From an uncultured virus (IMG/VR IMGVR_UViG_647533234_000003) (Duplodnaviria > Heunggongvirae > Uroviricota > Caudoviricetes): 64,000 nucleotides of DNA. Below, piece by piece: positions 10,177-19,935 of this stretch. The stretch is from the IMG/VR virus record IMGVR_UViG_647533234_000003; one strand, given 5' to 3'. Made by a program: the position numbers and the translations under genes. A model generated the notes under the pieces. That model saw nothing but the letters and a program-made list of their open reading frames with translations. It was not told the DNA's origin and did no database searches. Every line of letters begins with the position of its first letter. Within the stretch, counting starts at the first letter, position 1.

Positions 10177-10879
10177 ACGCCTCGTGACCAGCCTCCTGAT
10201 CCTCGCCGCGCTCGCCGCCTGGCTCTACCACCGCCACCAGCAGCGCCGCCGCCCGCCCACCCGGCCCGTGCGTGGCAACGGCGAGGCCGGCGCCTCGGCA
10301 GCCGCCCGCGCCCGCGAACTCCGCACCCCCGGCGTACGGCTCGCCACCAGCCTCGGCATCCCGACCCAGCGCGGCGCCCTCGCCGACCGCTCCGACGCCG
10401 GAGCCGAAGGCGAGCGCCGCACGGCCGCGCGCATCGACCCGCTGCGCCAGGAGGGCTGGACGATCCTCCACGACCGCGCCCTCCCGCGCGGCCGCGCGAA
10501 CCTGGACCACCTCGCGATCTCCCCCACGGGCGTCGTGATCCTCCCCGACACGAAGCGCTGGTCCGCCCGCTACCGCGTCCGCGTCGTCAACGGCCGCCTC
10601 CTCCACGGCGGCCTCGACGTCACCACCCGGCTCAAGGGCCTCCTCCACGAGGCGCGCACCGTCTCCGCCGCCCTCGGGACTCCGGTGGTCCCGCTCATCG
10701 TCATGGACGGCGCCCCTATCGAGGGCGGCGAGCTCACCTTCCACGGCATCCGCATCGTCCCCGCCGACCGCGCCTGCACGGTCATCCGGGATCTGGGCCG
10801 CAACGCCACGACGAAGTCCTCGCCACAGCTCGCGGCCCGCGCCGCCCGCCTCTTCCCGTCCTACCCGGGAGCGGCCTGA
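10177..10879 (+). CDS. NERD-domain nuclease with N-terminal TM (5' end in gap)
   Basis: GAEGERRTA, GWTILHD, NLDHLAISPTGVVILPDTK. Confidence 0.8.
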
Positions 10880-11889
10880 TGACCGCTCGTCAGGACGCTG
10901 GGCCCCGTGATGTCGACGCCTTCCTCGCCGACCTCGACGCTGTGCTCGCCGCCACGCCCACCAGCGAGGCTCCCGCTCCGACCGAGCAGGGCATCCCCAC
11001 GGTGCCCACGCCCACGGAGCCCACGGCTCCTGAGCCGGGACTTGCCCAGCTGGCCGTCGACGAATCTCCTGCCACGACGACTGCCGACCCTCAGGATCTT
11101 CCCGCCGAGCCCGCCGAGCCCGCCGAGCCCGCCGAGCCCGCCGAGCCCGCCGAGCCCGCCGAGCCCGCCGAGCCGGACCCGGAGTCCGTACCGGACCTCA
11201 CCCCGCCCACCCCGACCGCGCCCACCGCACCCAGCCCCCGCCCCCGCACGCGCACCGTCACCGGCCGCTCCGGCCGCCTTCCCGACTGGCGCACCGGCCA
11301 GACCACCGACCTCACCCTCCCCGCCAAGCCCGAACCCGAACCCACCCCCGAAGCCACCGAGCCCGACACCGACGACGACCAGGACGACGAGCAGACCACC
11401 CCCCGCACACGAAAGCTCTGGGCCCTCCTCAAGGCCGACCACGAAGCAAGGGCCGTCACCACCCCTCCCAAAAGCCAGAAAGCCCGCGCCCGCGCCCGAC
11501 GGACCGTCTACGCCGTCACCGCCTACGGCATGGGCTGGACCCTGCACCTCCCCACAGCGATCACCTCCCTCCTGGAAGTCTCCGCCGACTACGCCATCCC
11601 CGTGTCCGGAGGCGTGCTCGCCGCCGGGATCGTCGGCCTCGCCACCCACACGAGGGGCGGAGGTGTCGTCTTCCTCTCCTCCCTCGGCCTGATCACCGTC
11701 ATGACCATGGTCCCGCCCGCCTACTTCATCGGCGGCGCCCTGACCCTCGCCAGCCTCCTCGCCTACCGGGTCGTGCGCGGTTGGCTCGGACAGTACGCCG
11801 CCACCTGGCCCTGGACGGGCGTCGCCTGGGCCGCCTTCATCCCCACCGCCACGACCGCCGTCACCACCCTCCTCCACGGCACGAACTGA
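10879..11889 (+). CDS. hypothetical membrane protein with Pro-rich N-terminus
   Basis: TGATG coupling; PAE repeats; RLPDW; C-terminal TMs. Confidence 0.65.
   Translation: MTARQDAGPRDVDAFLADLDAVLAATPTSEAPAPTEQGIPTVPTPTEPTAPEPGLAQLAVDESPATTTADPQDLPAEPAEPAEPAEPAEPAEPAEPAEPDPESVPDLTPPTPTAPTAPSPRPRTRTVTGRSGRLPDWRTGQTTDLTLPAKPEPEPTPEATEPDTDDDQDDEQTTPRTRKLWALLKADHEARAVTTPPKSQKARARARRTVYAVTAYGMGWTLHLPTAITSLLEVSADYAIPVSGGVLAAGIVGLATHTRGGGVVFLSSLGLITVMTMVPPAYFIGGALTLASLLAYRVVRGWLGQYAATWPWTGVAWAAFIPTATTAVTTLLHGTN
11101..11172 (+). repeat. tandem repeat (CCCGCCGAG)x8, coding (PAE)8
   Basis: Eight perfect 9-bp units counted directly. Confidence 0.95.
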
Positions 11890-11903
11890 AGCGAGCCCCT
11901 CCC

Positions 11904-12317
11904 ATGAACCAGATCTTCGGAGCCATCGGCTTCACCGGCGCCGCCGTCGTCATGACCGTGCTCCTCATCGTCGGCGCCCGCCGCAAGTGGAAGATCAAGC
12001 TCAGCGACGAGGGCGTGATCATCTGCGCGTTCATCACCGGTCAGTGTTACGCGCAGGCTGGCCAGACTTTTTCCTTCGTCGCGGACGTAAGCGGGGGCCT
12101 GTCCGAGGCCATCCGCCAGTCCTTCGGAGCGGCCGGAGGCTTCGGCGCCGGAGCCGTGGCCCTCCTGTTCTGCCTGGTCCTCTACGGGTGCGAGCCGAAA
12201 AAATTCCGCAACGCGATGATCGCCCTGATGCTCCCCAGCCTCTTCACCGCAGCCGGCGGGATCTTCGCGATCATCACCACCGTCCTCAGCAACCTCACCC
12301 GTACGGCGTCCGGCTGA
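11904..12317 (+). CDS. small membrane protein
   Basis: Several hydrophobic helices. Confidence 0.7.
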   Translation: MNQIFGAIGFTGAAVVMTVLLIVGARRKWKIKLSDEGVIICAFITGQCYAQAGQTFSFVADVSGGLSEAIRQSFGAAGGFGAGAVALLFCLVLYGCEPKKFRNAMIALMLPSLFTAAGGIFAIITTVLSNLTRTASG

Positions 12318-13330
12318 TGTCCCCGAGCCTCGCCGCCCCGCAGCCCGACCGCCCCGACAACGAGGACCAGGAGGAGCGCCTGGCCGTCGTCCTTGACCTG
12401 CCCACCGACGGTCAGGACGCCCCGGCCGAGACCGCCGACAGCCGGTGGCGCGCCGCCTGGGCGCGGCTCGCCGAGGAAGCGGCCCCGGCCGGGGCCGGGG
12501 CGGGCCGCCGCGCCCTGGCCGCCCCACCCCTGCGCCGGTACGTGCCCAGCCGAGCCAGTCTGGCCGTCATCCGGCCCGGCGCCCTGATCATCGTCCGGTG
12601 CGCGTGGACCCTGGCCCGCCGCGTCATGACATCCGCCTCCGCCCTCACGGGAAGGACCGCAGGGAAAGCGGCGGAGAACACGGAGAAGCCCGGGAAGACC
12701 GCCAGGAAATGGCCCGGGAAAAACGGCACCAAGTCCATCTCCCTTGATGCGGTTATCGGTGGCACGCTCGTCGTGGGAATGGCCGTCGCGTTCGTTGTTC
12801 GCACGGCGCTGCCCGCCCTGACCGGATTCCTGACGGACAACCCCCTGAGTGTGCTCCGTGCCGCTGGTTTCGTCACGATCGTTTTCCTCCCCGCCGCGTG
12901 GGTCGTCGGCACCTACGCGCAGCAGCGTCACGCAGCCGAGCAAAGCACCCCCGACTCCGCCTCCGAAGAGGCCCCCGAAACCACCTCGGAAGTGGCCCCC
13001 GAAACCACCCGGGAAGAGACTCCCCCCGCGGTCCTGGAATGGGTCAAAAGCGCCATCGGGGACGGCCGTGCGGTGCACCTCCGGGAACTTCTTCTCGACC
13101 TCCAGCAGCACCACGGCGGAGAGGCCCTGGAGATGGCCGACCTGCGGGCCGGACTGGAGGCCCACGGCATCCCGATCCGGCCCTCCGTCAAGGCCCCCGC
13201 ATCAGACCACGACGGGGCCATCAGGGTCCGCGTCGGAGTGCACCGCGACGACCTCCCTCCAGACCCCGTCCCCGCCCACGAGCCCCCACCCGGCCCCGAG
13301 CCCCCTACCTCAGCCCTACCAGCGCTCTGA
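12317..13330 (+). CDS. hypothetical membrane protein
   Basis: TGATG coupling; 2 TMs; C-terminal AVHLRELL...GIPIRPSV...GVHRDDLP. Confidence 0.6.
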   Translation: MSPSLAAPQPDRPDNEDQEERLAVVLDLPTDGQDAPAETADSRWRAAWARLAEEAAPAGAGAGRRALAAPPLRRYVPSRASLAVIRPGALIIVRCAWTLARRVMTSASALTGRTAGKAAENTEKPGKTARKWPGKNGTKSISLDAVIGGTLVVGMAVAFVVRTALPALTGFLTDNPLSVLRAAGFVTIVFLPAAWVVGTYAQQRHAAEQSTPDSASEEAPETTSEVAPETTREETPPAVLEWVKSAIGDGRAVHLRELLLDLQQHHGGEALEMADLRAGLEAHGIPIRPSVKAPASDHDGAIRVRVGVHRDDLPPDPVPAHEPPPGPEPPTSALPAL

Positions 13331-13439
13331 CCTGCAACAACTACCCCGCCCTACCGGCGCCCTACCGCCCCGACTACCGCCCCACGGGGCCGCCGGCCCA
13401 CGGCGGCCCCGCACAGAAAGGCCCCCCGCCCTGACCCCG

Positions 13440-13637
13440 ATGTACTGGTGCAAGCACTGCGACTGCGCCTACCCCCACGGCACCGAAGGCCCCTCCGAGG
13501 CCCTGCGGAAACACATCCGCGACCACCACGCCCCGCCCCCCGAGACCGGGCCCCCCGTGATCACCGGCTGGCACATCGTGATCGGCCTCCTCGTCCTCGC
13601 CGCCCTCGCGTGGATCGGCCGACACATCGGCCGCTGA
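13440..13637 (+). CDS. small C2H2-like zinc-finger membrane protein
   Basis: CKHC...HIRDHH followed by C-terminal TM. Confidence 0.55.
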   Translation: MYWCKHCDCAYPHGTEGPSEALRKHIRDHHAPPPETGPPVITGWHIVIGLLVLAALAWIGRHIGR

Positions 13638-13644
13638 AGGAAAC

Positions 13645-13896
13645 GTGGAAACCGGAAGCCAAGCACAGAAGGAAAAGATGAAGATGCAGAACGCCACCGA
13701 TCCCGATACCGAGCGCCGCATGGCCGATGCGGAGCGTGCGGAGGAGGGCGGGCAATACGACGAGGCAATCCAGATGTACGCCAGCCTCGGAAAAGACATT
13801 CAGGCCCGCTACGGAAGTTTCCACGGCCGCGCGATCGACGCCTTCGAGGGAATGGCTCGCGCAATCCGCAAAGCCTCCGCAAGCGGAAACGAGTAA
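13645..13896 (+). CDS. small TPR-like helical protein
   Basis: EEGGQYDEAIQMY. Confidence 0.5.
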   Translation: METGSQAQKEKMKMQNATDPDTERRMADAERAEEGGQYDEAIQMYASLGKDIQARYGSFHGRAIDAFEGMARAIRKASASGNE

Positions 13897-13987
13897 TGCC
13901 CACCACTTATCCCCGGGGCGGCCGACTCACTGCCAGGCGACCGACCGCCCCGAGGCCCCATCCCAACCACGGACAGGAACCCCCAGC

Positions 13988-14149
13988 ATGGCACTCCGCA
14001 AGACGATGCCCCTCTCAGACCTCAAGCGCCCCGAGGGCAACGAGGTCTTCGCCACCGAGTACCGCGCCTCGCGCGGCGGCTACTTCCCTGCCGAGGACAA
14101 GCCCGTCCCCGGCCAGCCCAAGACCGACGACAAGAAGAAGCGAAACTGA
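13988..14149 (+). CDS. small hypothetical protein
   Basis: AGGAA RBS; 53 aa; abuts HD gene. Confidence 0.45.
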   Translation: MALRKTMPLSDLKRPEGNEVFATEYRASRGGYFPAEDKPVPGQPKTDDKKKRN

Positions 14150-14151
14150 CC

Positions 14152-14661
14152 ATGAGCCTCACCCTCGCCGAGGTCCACGACCTCGCCACCCACGCCCACG
14201 CCGGGCAGACCGACAAGATCGGCGCCCCGTACGTCCACCATGTCCGTGCCGTCGCCGGCGCCCTCGCCCCCTTCGGCACCGAGCTGGAGATGGCCGGACT
14301 CCTCCACGACATCGTCGAGGACACCGACTGGACCCCGGAGCGGCTCCTCATCGCCGGGGTCCCACCTCGCACTGTGGCCGCCGTCGTCGCCGTCACCAAC
14401 CAGCCCGGCGAGGACTACCAGGACAAGGTCCGCCGCATCACCGCCTCCCGCGACGCCACCCTCGTCAAGATCGCCGACAACGCCCACAACTCCCGCCGCG
14501 ACCGCGCCGAGCTGCTTCCCGCCGAGAAGCGCGAGCGCCTCGCCCGGAAGTACGCCGCCGCCCGCCGAGCCCTGTGGGCCGCCGTCGCCCCGGCCGACAT
14601 CGAGACCATCCTCTGGATCGTCAACCCCCAGCTGCTCACTGACCTCGCCGAACACATCTGA
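14152..14661 (+). CDS. HD-domain hydrolase, small alarmone hydrolase (SpoT/Mesh1)-like
   Basis: HAGQTDK.G.PY..H, LLHDIVEDT, VKIADN. Confidence 0.85.
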   Translation: MSLTLAEVHDLATHAHAGQTDKIGAPYVHHVRAVAGALAPFGTELEMAGLLHDIVEDTDWTPERLLIAGVPPRTVAAVVAVTNQPGEDYQDKVRRITASRDATLVKIADNAHNSRRDRAELLPAEKRERLARKYAAARRALWAAVAPADIETILWIVNPQLLTDLAEHI

Positions 14662-14810
14662 TCCGCCCTCGCGCCCGCCCCCAAGCCCGCCGGGCGCGGG
14701 GGCGGGCGCGCCTGCGCCCCGGCGCGAACGGCGGCCTCGCAGGCCCCCGCGCGCGGGACCGCCGTACGGCAACATGACGAACCATCAGATCTCGCAGATC
14801 AGGAGACACC

Positions 14811-15530
14811 GTGCCTCGCCCCGCCCTGCTCCCCGCCCTCGCCGCGCTCCTCCTCGCCGTCACCGGCTGCACGAGCGCCACCGAGACCGACACGACCACC
14901 GACCCGAAGCCCGCCGCCCCCCGCACCGCCTCCCCCAGCCCCAGTAGCACGTCCGGAGCGCGACCGCTCAACGACGCGATCCGAGACCTGAAGACGGCCC
15001 CGGAGTACACCGGCGCCTACGACCGCGACGCCTTCAAGCACTGGAACAAGGGCCTCAACCCGGGCGACGGATGCGACACCCGCGAGGAGCTGCTCCTGGC
15101 CGAGGCCGTCAAGGAACCCACCAAGGGCGACGGCTGCAAGCTCACGGGAGGGGAGTGGCTGTCCTACTACGACGAGGTCACCGTCACCGACGCGGGCGGC
15201 CTCGACGTCGACCACATGGTGCCGCTCGAAGAGGCGTGGTCCTCCGGCGCCCACACGTGGACGGCGGAGCGCCGCGAGGCGTACGCGAACGACCTCACCG
15301 CCGAGCGCTCCCTCGTCGCCGTGACCGCGAAGACCAACCGGTCGAAAGGCCGGAGGGACCCGGCCGAGTGGCTGCCCCCGGCCGACAGCGCCCTGTGCAC
15401 CTACCTGGAGGACTGGACCGCGACAAAGCTGCGCTGGGGCCTGACCGCGGACACGAAGGAGCGCGACGCCCTCGCCCAGCACGCGAAGGACTGCCCCGAC
15501 GCCGCCGTCGAAGTGCAGCCCGCCTCCTGA
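14811..15530 (+). CDS. lipoprotein HNH/DUF1524-type secreted nuclease
   Basis: Lipobox LAVTGC; CDTREELL, DVDHMVPLEEAW, NRSKG.RDPAEWLP. Confidence 0.85.
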   Translation: MPRPALLPALAALLLAVTGCTSATETDTTTDPKPAAPRTASPSPSSTSGARPLNDAIRDLKTAPEYTGAYDRDAFKHWNKGLNPGDGCDTREELLLAEAVKEPTKGDGCKLTGGEWLSYYDEVTVTDAGGLDVDHMVPLEEAWSSGAHTWTAERREAYANDLTAERSLVAVTAKTNRSKGRRDPAEWLPPADSALCTYLEDWTATKLRWGLTADTKERDALAQHAKDCPDAAVEVQPAS

Positions 15531-15538
15531 CCTTGCGC

Positions 15539-15578
15539 ACGAAAGAGGGGCCCGCCGTCACGCGGGCCCCTCTTTCGT
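15539..15578. terminator. bidirectional terminator between convergent early and late arms
   Basis: ACGAAAGAGGGGCCCGC...GCGGGCCCCTCTTTCGT. Confidence 0.8.
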
Positions 15579-15582
15579 ACCG

Positions 15583-15840
15583 TCAGCGCGCCAGCACGTC
15601 CCACACCGCGACCACCAGCGCCGCCAGCCCCGTCAGCGCGCCCACCGCCGGGAGCGGCCACCGCCCCGCCTTCAGCGCCTCCACCTCGCTCTCCAACGCG
15701 GCGAGATCCCGCTCCGTGCGCTGCGACCGCTCCACCACCAGCGCGAGCGCGCCCTCAATCCGCGCAAGCCCGGTGGACAGCTCCCCCCGCAACTGGGCCA
15801 ACTCCACCGCGACATCCGGCCCCGGCGGCGGCGTGCTCAC
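15583..15840 (-). CDS. lysis-cassette coiled-coil protein with C-terminal TM
   Basis: Overlaps holin stop; VELAQLRG...RWPLP plus TM. Confidence 0.7.
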   Translation of the reverse strand: MSTPPPGPDVAVELAQLRGELSTGLARIEGALALVVERSQRTERDLAALESEVEALKAGRWPLPAVGALTGLAALVVAVWDVLAR

Positions 15841-16115
15841 GTCCCCTTCCCTCCTTCCACCGTCGACAGCTTCGGGCCCGACACCGGCGGCCGCACGTGC
15901 TCGGTGACACCAGGCCCCTGCCCCGGCCCGCCCACCGCGAGCGCCGTCAGCAGCGCCAGCACCCCAGCCATCCCCGCCGTGCTCAGCACAGCCACCCACG
16001 GCGCATCCAGCACGCCCGTCGCGCCCGCGCCCAGCACCGCGAGCGCCGACTGCGCGACCGTCCGCACGGTCCGCTCCGTGGTCGCCCGCCAGAACCCAGC
16101 ATCGAACAGCGTCAT
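15837..16115 (-). CDS. holin (r1t-like)
   Basis: FWRATTERTVRTVAQS; two TMs; follows endolysin. Confidence 0.85.
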   Translation of the reverse strand: MTLFDAGFWRATTERTVRTVAQSALAVLGAGATGVLDAPWVAVLSTAGMAGVLALLTALAVGGPGQGPGVTEHVRPPVSGPKLSTVEGGKGT

Positions 16116-16117
16116 GA

Positions 16118-17134
16118 TCAGCTCGCCTTCCAGTACAGGCCGCGCACGCGCGCCGCCGACACCGTCACCGGCTCCTCGTCATCCGGCGTCGCCGGGTAGT
16201 AGACGACCTCCAGGCGCAGCTTCTCCTTCTTCCCGATCGACCCCTTGTGCCCGAAGTCGGCGAAGGTGTCGCCGGTCGTCCCGGCCCGCTCCACGATGCC
16301 GCTCTGCCACCGCGTCCCGTCCTCCCGCACGTGGAAGAACCGGCCCTGCACCGTGCTGCCCACCGGCGCCTTCACCGTGACCAGCGCGAGCGCGTCGTAC
16401 GCCACCGCGCCGGACAGCAGATCCGTGTGCTCGACGGGAAGCGTCGTCCACGCCCCCGGGCGCAGCGTGCGGGGCGTGTCGTCGTACAGCCCGAGCGTGC
16501 TCGGCATGTCGCTCTCCTCAAGAGGGTTCCAGTCCGGTCCGTGAGCCAGTCGTTCGGCGACCGCCCGCCGGAAGTCGTGCATGTCGAAGGACGGGTCCGG
16601 CTTGCCTTCGACGGAGGTCTCCTTGTGCCCGACCGCGGAGTGCGCGCTCCAGCCGTGCGCGCGGCACAGAGCCGCGGCCCACCGGACAGCCGCGTCGTAC
16701 TGCGCGTCGGGGTACGGGTCCGCGCCGTCCCCGAGGTTCTCGATCTCCAGGCCGTAGAAGCAGGTGTTGCCGTCCACGGTCCCGGACGCGACGGACGGCC
16801 GCGGGTGCTTGGCGCTCTCGGCGAGCACGGCAGCGAAGGCGTTCTTCGCGACGGGCCCCGCGTGGTTCGCGCGCCCCGCGCTCGTCACCGTGACGACGCC
16901 GCTCTTCGCCAGGAGCCCGTGCGCGAGCGGCCCCGGCAGATTCGACCGGCCACCCCACACCGTCGCCGCGCTGGAGCGGCCGGCCGTGTGATGGATCAGC
17001 ACCCCGTGCACCGGCCCCCACGGACGGCCCGGCGCCGTACGGCTGTGCGTGCGCCACCCCGGATGCTCGACGACGTCCAGGCCCTCGGCGCGCAGCGCGG
17101 CGAGCATCCGGGCCGCGCTCAGCGGCGCCGACAT
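16118..17134 (-). CDS. endolysin, N-acetylmuramoyl-L-alanine amidase (Amidase_2)
   Basis: GVLIHHTAG, ANHAG, GLEIEN, VGHKE, KPDP. Confidence 0.9.
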   Translation of the reverse strand: MSAPLSAARMLAALRAEGLDVVEHPGWRTHSRTAPGRPWGPVHGVLIHHTAGRSSAATVWGGRSNLPGPLAHGLLAKSGVVTVTSAGRANHAGPVAKNAFAAVLAESAKHPRPSVASGTVDGNTCFYGLEIENLGDGADPYPDAQYDAAVRWAAALCRAHGWSAHSAVGHKETSVEGKPDPSFDMHDFRRAVAERLAHGPDWNPLEESDMPSTLGLYDDTPRTLRPGAWTTLPVEHTDLLSGAVAYDALALVTVKAPVGSTVQGRFFHVREDGTRWQSGIVERAGTTGDTFADFGHKGSIGKKEKLRLEVVYYPATPDDEEPVTVSAARVRGLYWKAS

Positions 17135-17406
17135 CAGACCCGCTCCGGCCAGTGCCACGAGCCGCCCACCATCCCGGCGGCCTCCGCGTACGAGGAGCCG
17201 CCCGCCGCGAGCGGGTGGAAGAACTGCCCGGAAGGGTTGAGCACGACAAGACCGACGCGGCCGGCGTCCTCCGGGTCGACCTCGGTCACGATCGCGGTCC
17301 TGCACACCGACGGGAAGGTCTGCGTACCGTCCTCGCGCACTGGCGTGCCGTGCGAGACGTAGTGAACGGTGCGGCCCACGGAAGGACCTTCAACAGGAAG
17401 GGGCAT
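17134..17406 (-). CDS. conserved phage hypothetical protein
   Basis: PSVGRTVHYVSHG...AIVTEV...GSWHWPER; RBS present. Confidence 0.75.
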   Translation of the reverse strand: MPLPVEGPSVGRTVHYVSHGTPVREDGTQTFPSVCRTAIVTEVDPEDAGRVGLVVLNPSGQFFHPLAAGGSSYAEAAGMVGGSWHWPERV

Positions 17407-17422
17407 GAGGTGCTCCTTGCTC

Positions 17423-18046
17423 TTACTTGTAGATCGCGAGCTTGAACTCGGCGAAGACGAGCTGACGGGGTGTCGACGCGTTGTGGCTCACCCGGAGCGA
17501 CACGGGGGTAGGCGGGTGCACGAACATGCCGTGACCCTTGGTGAAGCACTGCATTCCGGGAGACGGCGGTCGGTGGTCGGTCGCCGTGGTGTCCACGCCC
17601 GTGGAGAGCCCCAGAGGGTCACGGCAGTACTGATCCCGGAGTTCGGTGTAGTCGCCGCTCTCCCACTGGATGACGGCGTGCAGCTCGCCCCACCCGTCGA
17701 CGCTCGGCCAGATCAGGCCGGACCTGTCGTCGCCGCGCCAGTCCACGACCTGGTAGCCGTCCGGCTGCACGGCCTCGTGCATCTCGTACCGGTCGTACGA
17801 CTCGGACGTGAAGGGGAAGCGCACGACGTGGTACGCGCCATCGTTGGGGATGGTCTGCGGCTCCGCGACGATCAGGCTGCACACCTGCACCTGGATCGGC
17901 GGGGGCGGTTCCGGCGGCGGGATCGTCGACGGATCGACGCTGAGCACGTAGGGGGCGGTGGTCGACCCCGAGCCGGTCACATTCATGCCGGGGCCCGGCG
18001 CGATCACACAGGAGCACCGGTCACCGCCGCAGCCGCCACGGGCCAT
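17423..18046 (-). CDS. putative minor tail/fibre protein
   Basis: Tail-distal position; N-terminal CSC..GPG..V.GSGSTTAPYV shared with 33224-33913. Confidence 0.6.
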   Translation of the reverse strand: MARGGCGGDRCSCVIAPGPGMNVTGSGSTTAPYVLSVDPSTIPPPEPPPPIQVQVCSLIVAEPQTIPNDGAYHVVRFPFTSESYDRYEMHEAVQPDGYQVVDWRGDDRSGLIWPSVDGWGELHAVIQWESGDYTELRDQYCRDPLGLSTGVDTTATDHRPPSPGMQCFTKGHGMFVHPPTPVSLRVSHNASTPRQLVFAEFKLAIYK

Positions 18047-18075
18047 CGGCTCCTCCACCACATGCGGGGGTTGGA

Positions 18076-18092
18076 GCCCGGCCCGGAACCAG
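18076..18092 (-). promoter_or_regulatory. late-gene leader motif copy 1
   Basis: CTGGTTCCGGGCCGGGC, 30 nt upstream of ATG 18046. Confidence 0.75.
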
Positions 18093-18229
18093 AACGGCTT
18101 GTCCTACTTTGACACACACGCCTGCCCGGACAGGCCCGGACAGCGGGACAGCACCCGCACGGGCGCAGTCCCGGGCAGGTGCGTACCCACGGCCGGACAT
18201 GGGCGAAGGGGTGTCCGGACCGTGTCCGG

Positions 18230-18961
18230 TCAGCCGTACAGCTCCACAATCACGATGCCGTTCCCCCCGGTCCCCCCAGCCTCCGCCGACCCGTTCAGCG
18301 AGAGGGCACCTCCGGCGCCCGCACCGTAGCCACGCGTGGACGTGCCCGGTCCCGCAGTCGAGCGCCCCAGCCCGCCCGTCCCCATGAACGAGTCACCGCC
18401 GAAACCCGCGTAGCCGTTGGTGCCCGACAAGCGCAGCGCCGTCCCCGACGCGCCCCCGCCCATGTTCACTTCACCCGTCCCCGCGAGAGGCCCGGCCACA
18501 CCCGAGCTGGTGGTGATCGCCACGCCCGAATCCATGTTCGCTGTGCCGCCGTCCCCTCCGTTCGCTACCACGAAGCCGCCGAAGCTGCTCGTGCCGCCCG
18601 GCCCGCCCGCCGCGTTCGCGCCCCCCGCCGTGCCGCCCGCGCCGACCACCACCGACTCGGTAGTGCCGAGGTCGGCCAGCGCGATCAGCGCCTCCGAATA
18701 CCCACCGCCAGCGCCACCGGGGCGCGCGATCGTCTGCGAGGCGTCCGCGTCCGCGCCCGCCGAACCCCCGCCGCCGGCCTGCACCCGGACACGCACGCGG
18801 GCCAGCCACGGGTAATCCCCGGGCCGGAACTGGTGGTTTCCGGGCGTCTTGTAGTGGAGGGTCGCGCGGAGCCCCTGCATGCCCGGGATCAGGCACAGCT
18901 CGCCGTCCCGGGACACCGTGAAATAGTCGCCACAGGCGCACACTGCGGATATGAGGATCAC
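18230..18961 (-). CDS. glycine-rich tail fibre-like protein (start uncertain)
   Basis: VQAGGGGS, GGAGGGYSE, GGNGIVIVELY. Confidence 0.75.
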   Translation of the reverse strand: MILISAVCACGDYFTVSRDGELCLIPGMQGLRATLHYKTPGNHQFRPGDYPWLARVRVRVQAGGGGSAGADADASQTIARPGGAGGGYSEALIALADLGTTESVVVGAGGTAGGANAAGGPGGTSSFGGFVVANGGDGGTANMDSGVAITTSSGVAGPLAGTGEVNMGGGASGTALRLSGTNGYAGFGGDSFMGTGGLGRSTAGPGTSTRGYGAGAGGALSLNGSAEAGGTGGNGIVIVELYG

Positions 18962-18978
18962 CTCGACGTGAGCAATGA

Positions 18979-18995
18979 GCCCGGCCCGAAACCAG
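18979..18995 (-). promoter_or_regulatory. late-gene leader motif copy 2
   Basis: CTGGTTTCGGGCCGGGC; TAGGCT 10 nt upstream. Confidence 0.75.
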
Positions 18996-19008
18996 CGGCG
19001 AGAAGAGC

Positions 19009-19863
19009 CTAGCCGCTCGTCCTAGCCCACCCCCAGTTCTTGCCCGTGACCACGTTGCTGATCGTTGAGGTGTCCACCCCGTACGCGGTCGCCAATGCGC
19101 TCTGGCGCTCTTCATCCCGGTAGCGCTCGTGGATCTCCATGACCTGGGTGAGCGTCAACTTCGCGGCACCGTGCCTTTCTCCACGTGTGCTGCGGTCTGA
19201 CTCCACCATGTCTGTCATGTTCTGACGGTGGTCGCCGAGATATAGATGCCGTACGTTGACGCACCCTTCGTCACCCCTGTGGCAGGTGTGGAGCACGTGC
19301 CGTTCGCCAGGGTTGCCGTTGGCGATCACCCACACGGCCCGGGAGGCCGTCATGGCGTCGCCCTCGTGGGTGACGGTGAGTCGCCCACCCTCGGAGTTCG
19401 GCAGCAGGATGCAGTCGGTTGCTTCCGCGAGAGCAGCCGCCCGAAGCTGGGCCTGCACTTCCCCCTTCGGACGCTGCTTCACGCGCACTGCAAGGGGAGA
19501 GCCGTGCCGCTCCCACCTGGCGTGGTGCTTCTTGCACCACACGTCGCTGGTGAGCCGGTGCGTGGCAGGATTGGTGCACCGCTTGCTGTCTTCGACCACC
19601 GTGCAGACCAGGGGTTCACGCTGGCGCGGCACCGAATAGCGAGCGCGGTTACGGCACTTCAGAGAGCAGAGCTTGGCGTCCTTGCGGCGACCTGACATGT
19701 CAGTGCCGCATACGGCGCAACTTCGCGGTGTCGGGGTTGCGGCGTTGGCCTGCGTCATGGCGGTGTCGCCGTTGCGTTGCCGTCGGGCGAAGCTCCGGTG
19801 ACATCGGCAGCGTACGGCGGAAAGCTCATCGCACCCGCCGAAGGAGCACGTATTCTCGTCCAC
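19009..19863 (-). CDS. free-standing HNH homing endonuclease
   Basis: Zn ribbons; VLHTCH...CVNVRHLYLGDHRQNMTD; GERHGAAKLT plus C-terminal HTH. Confidence 0.85.
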   Translation of the reverse strand: MDENTCSFGGCDELSAVRCRCHRSFARRQRNGDTAMTQANAATPTPRSCAVCGTDMSGRRKDAKLCSLKCRNRARYSVPRQREPLVCTVVEDSKRCTNPATHRLTSDVWCKKHHARWERHGSPLAVRVKQRPKGEVQAQLRAAALAEATDCILLPNSEGGRLTVTHEGDAMTASRAVWVIANGNPGERHVLHTCHRGDEGCVNVRHLYLGDHRQNMTDMVESDRSTRGERHGAAKLTLTQVMEIHERYRDEERQSALATAYGVDTSTISNVVTGKNWGWARTSG

Positions 19864-19935
19864 GTCGGACCTCGCATCAGGTTCGTCAAAGGCCCCCGCG
19901 CGGTTGCCGCCGTCGCGGGGGAAATATCCGGCATT

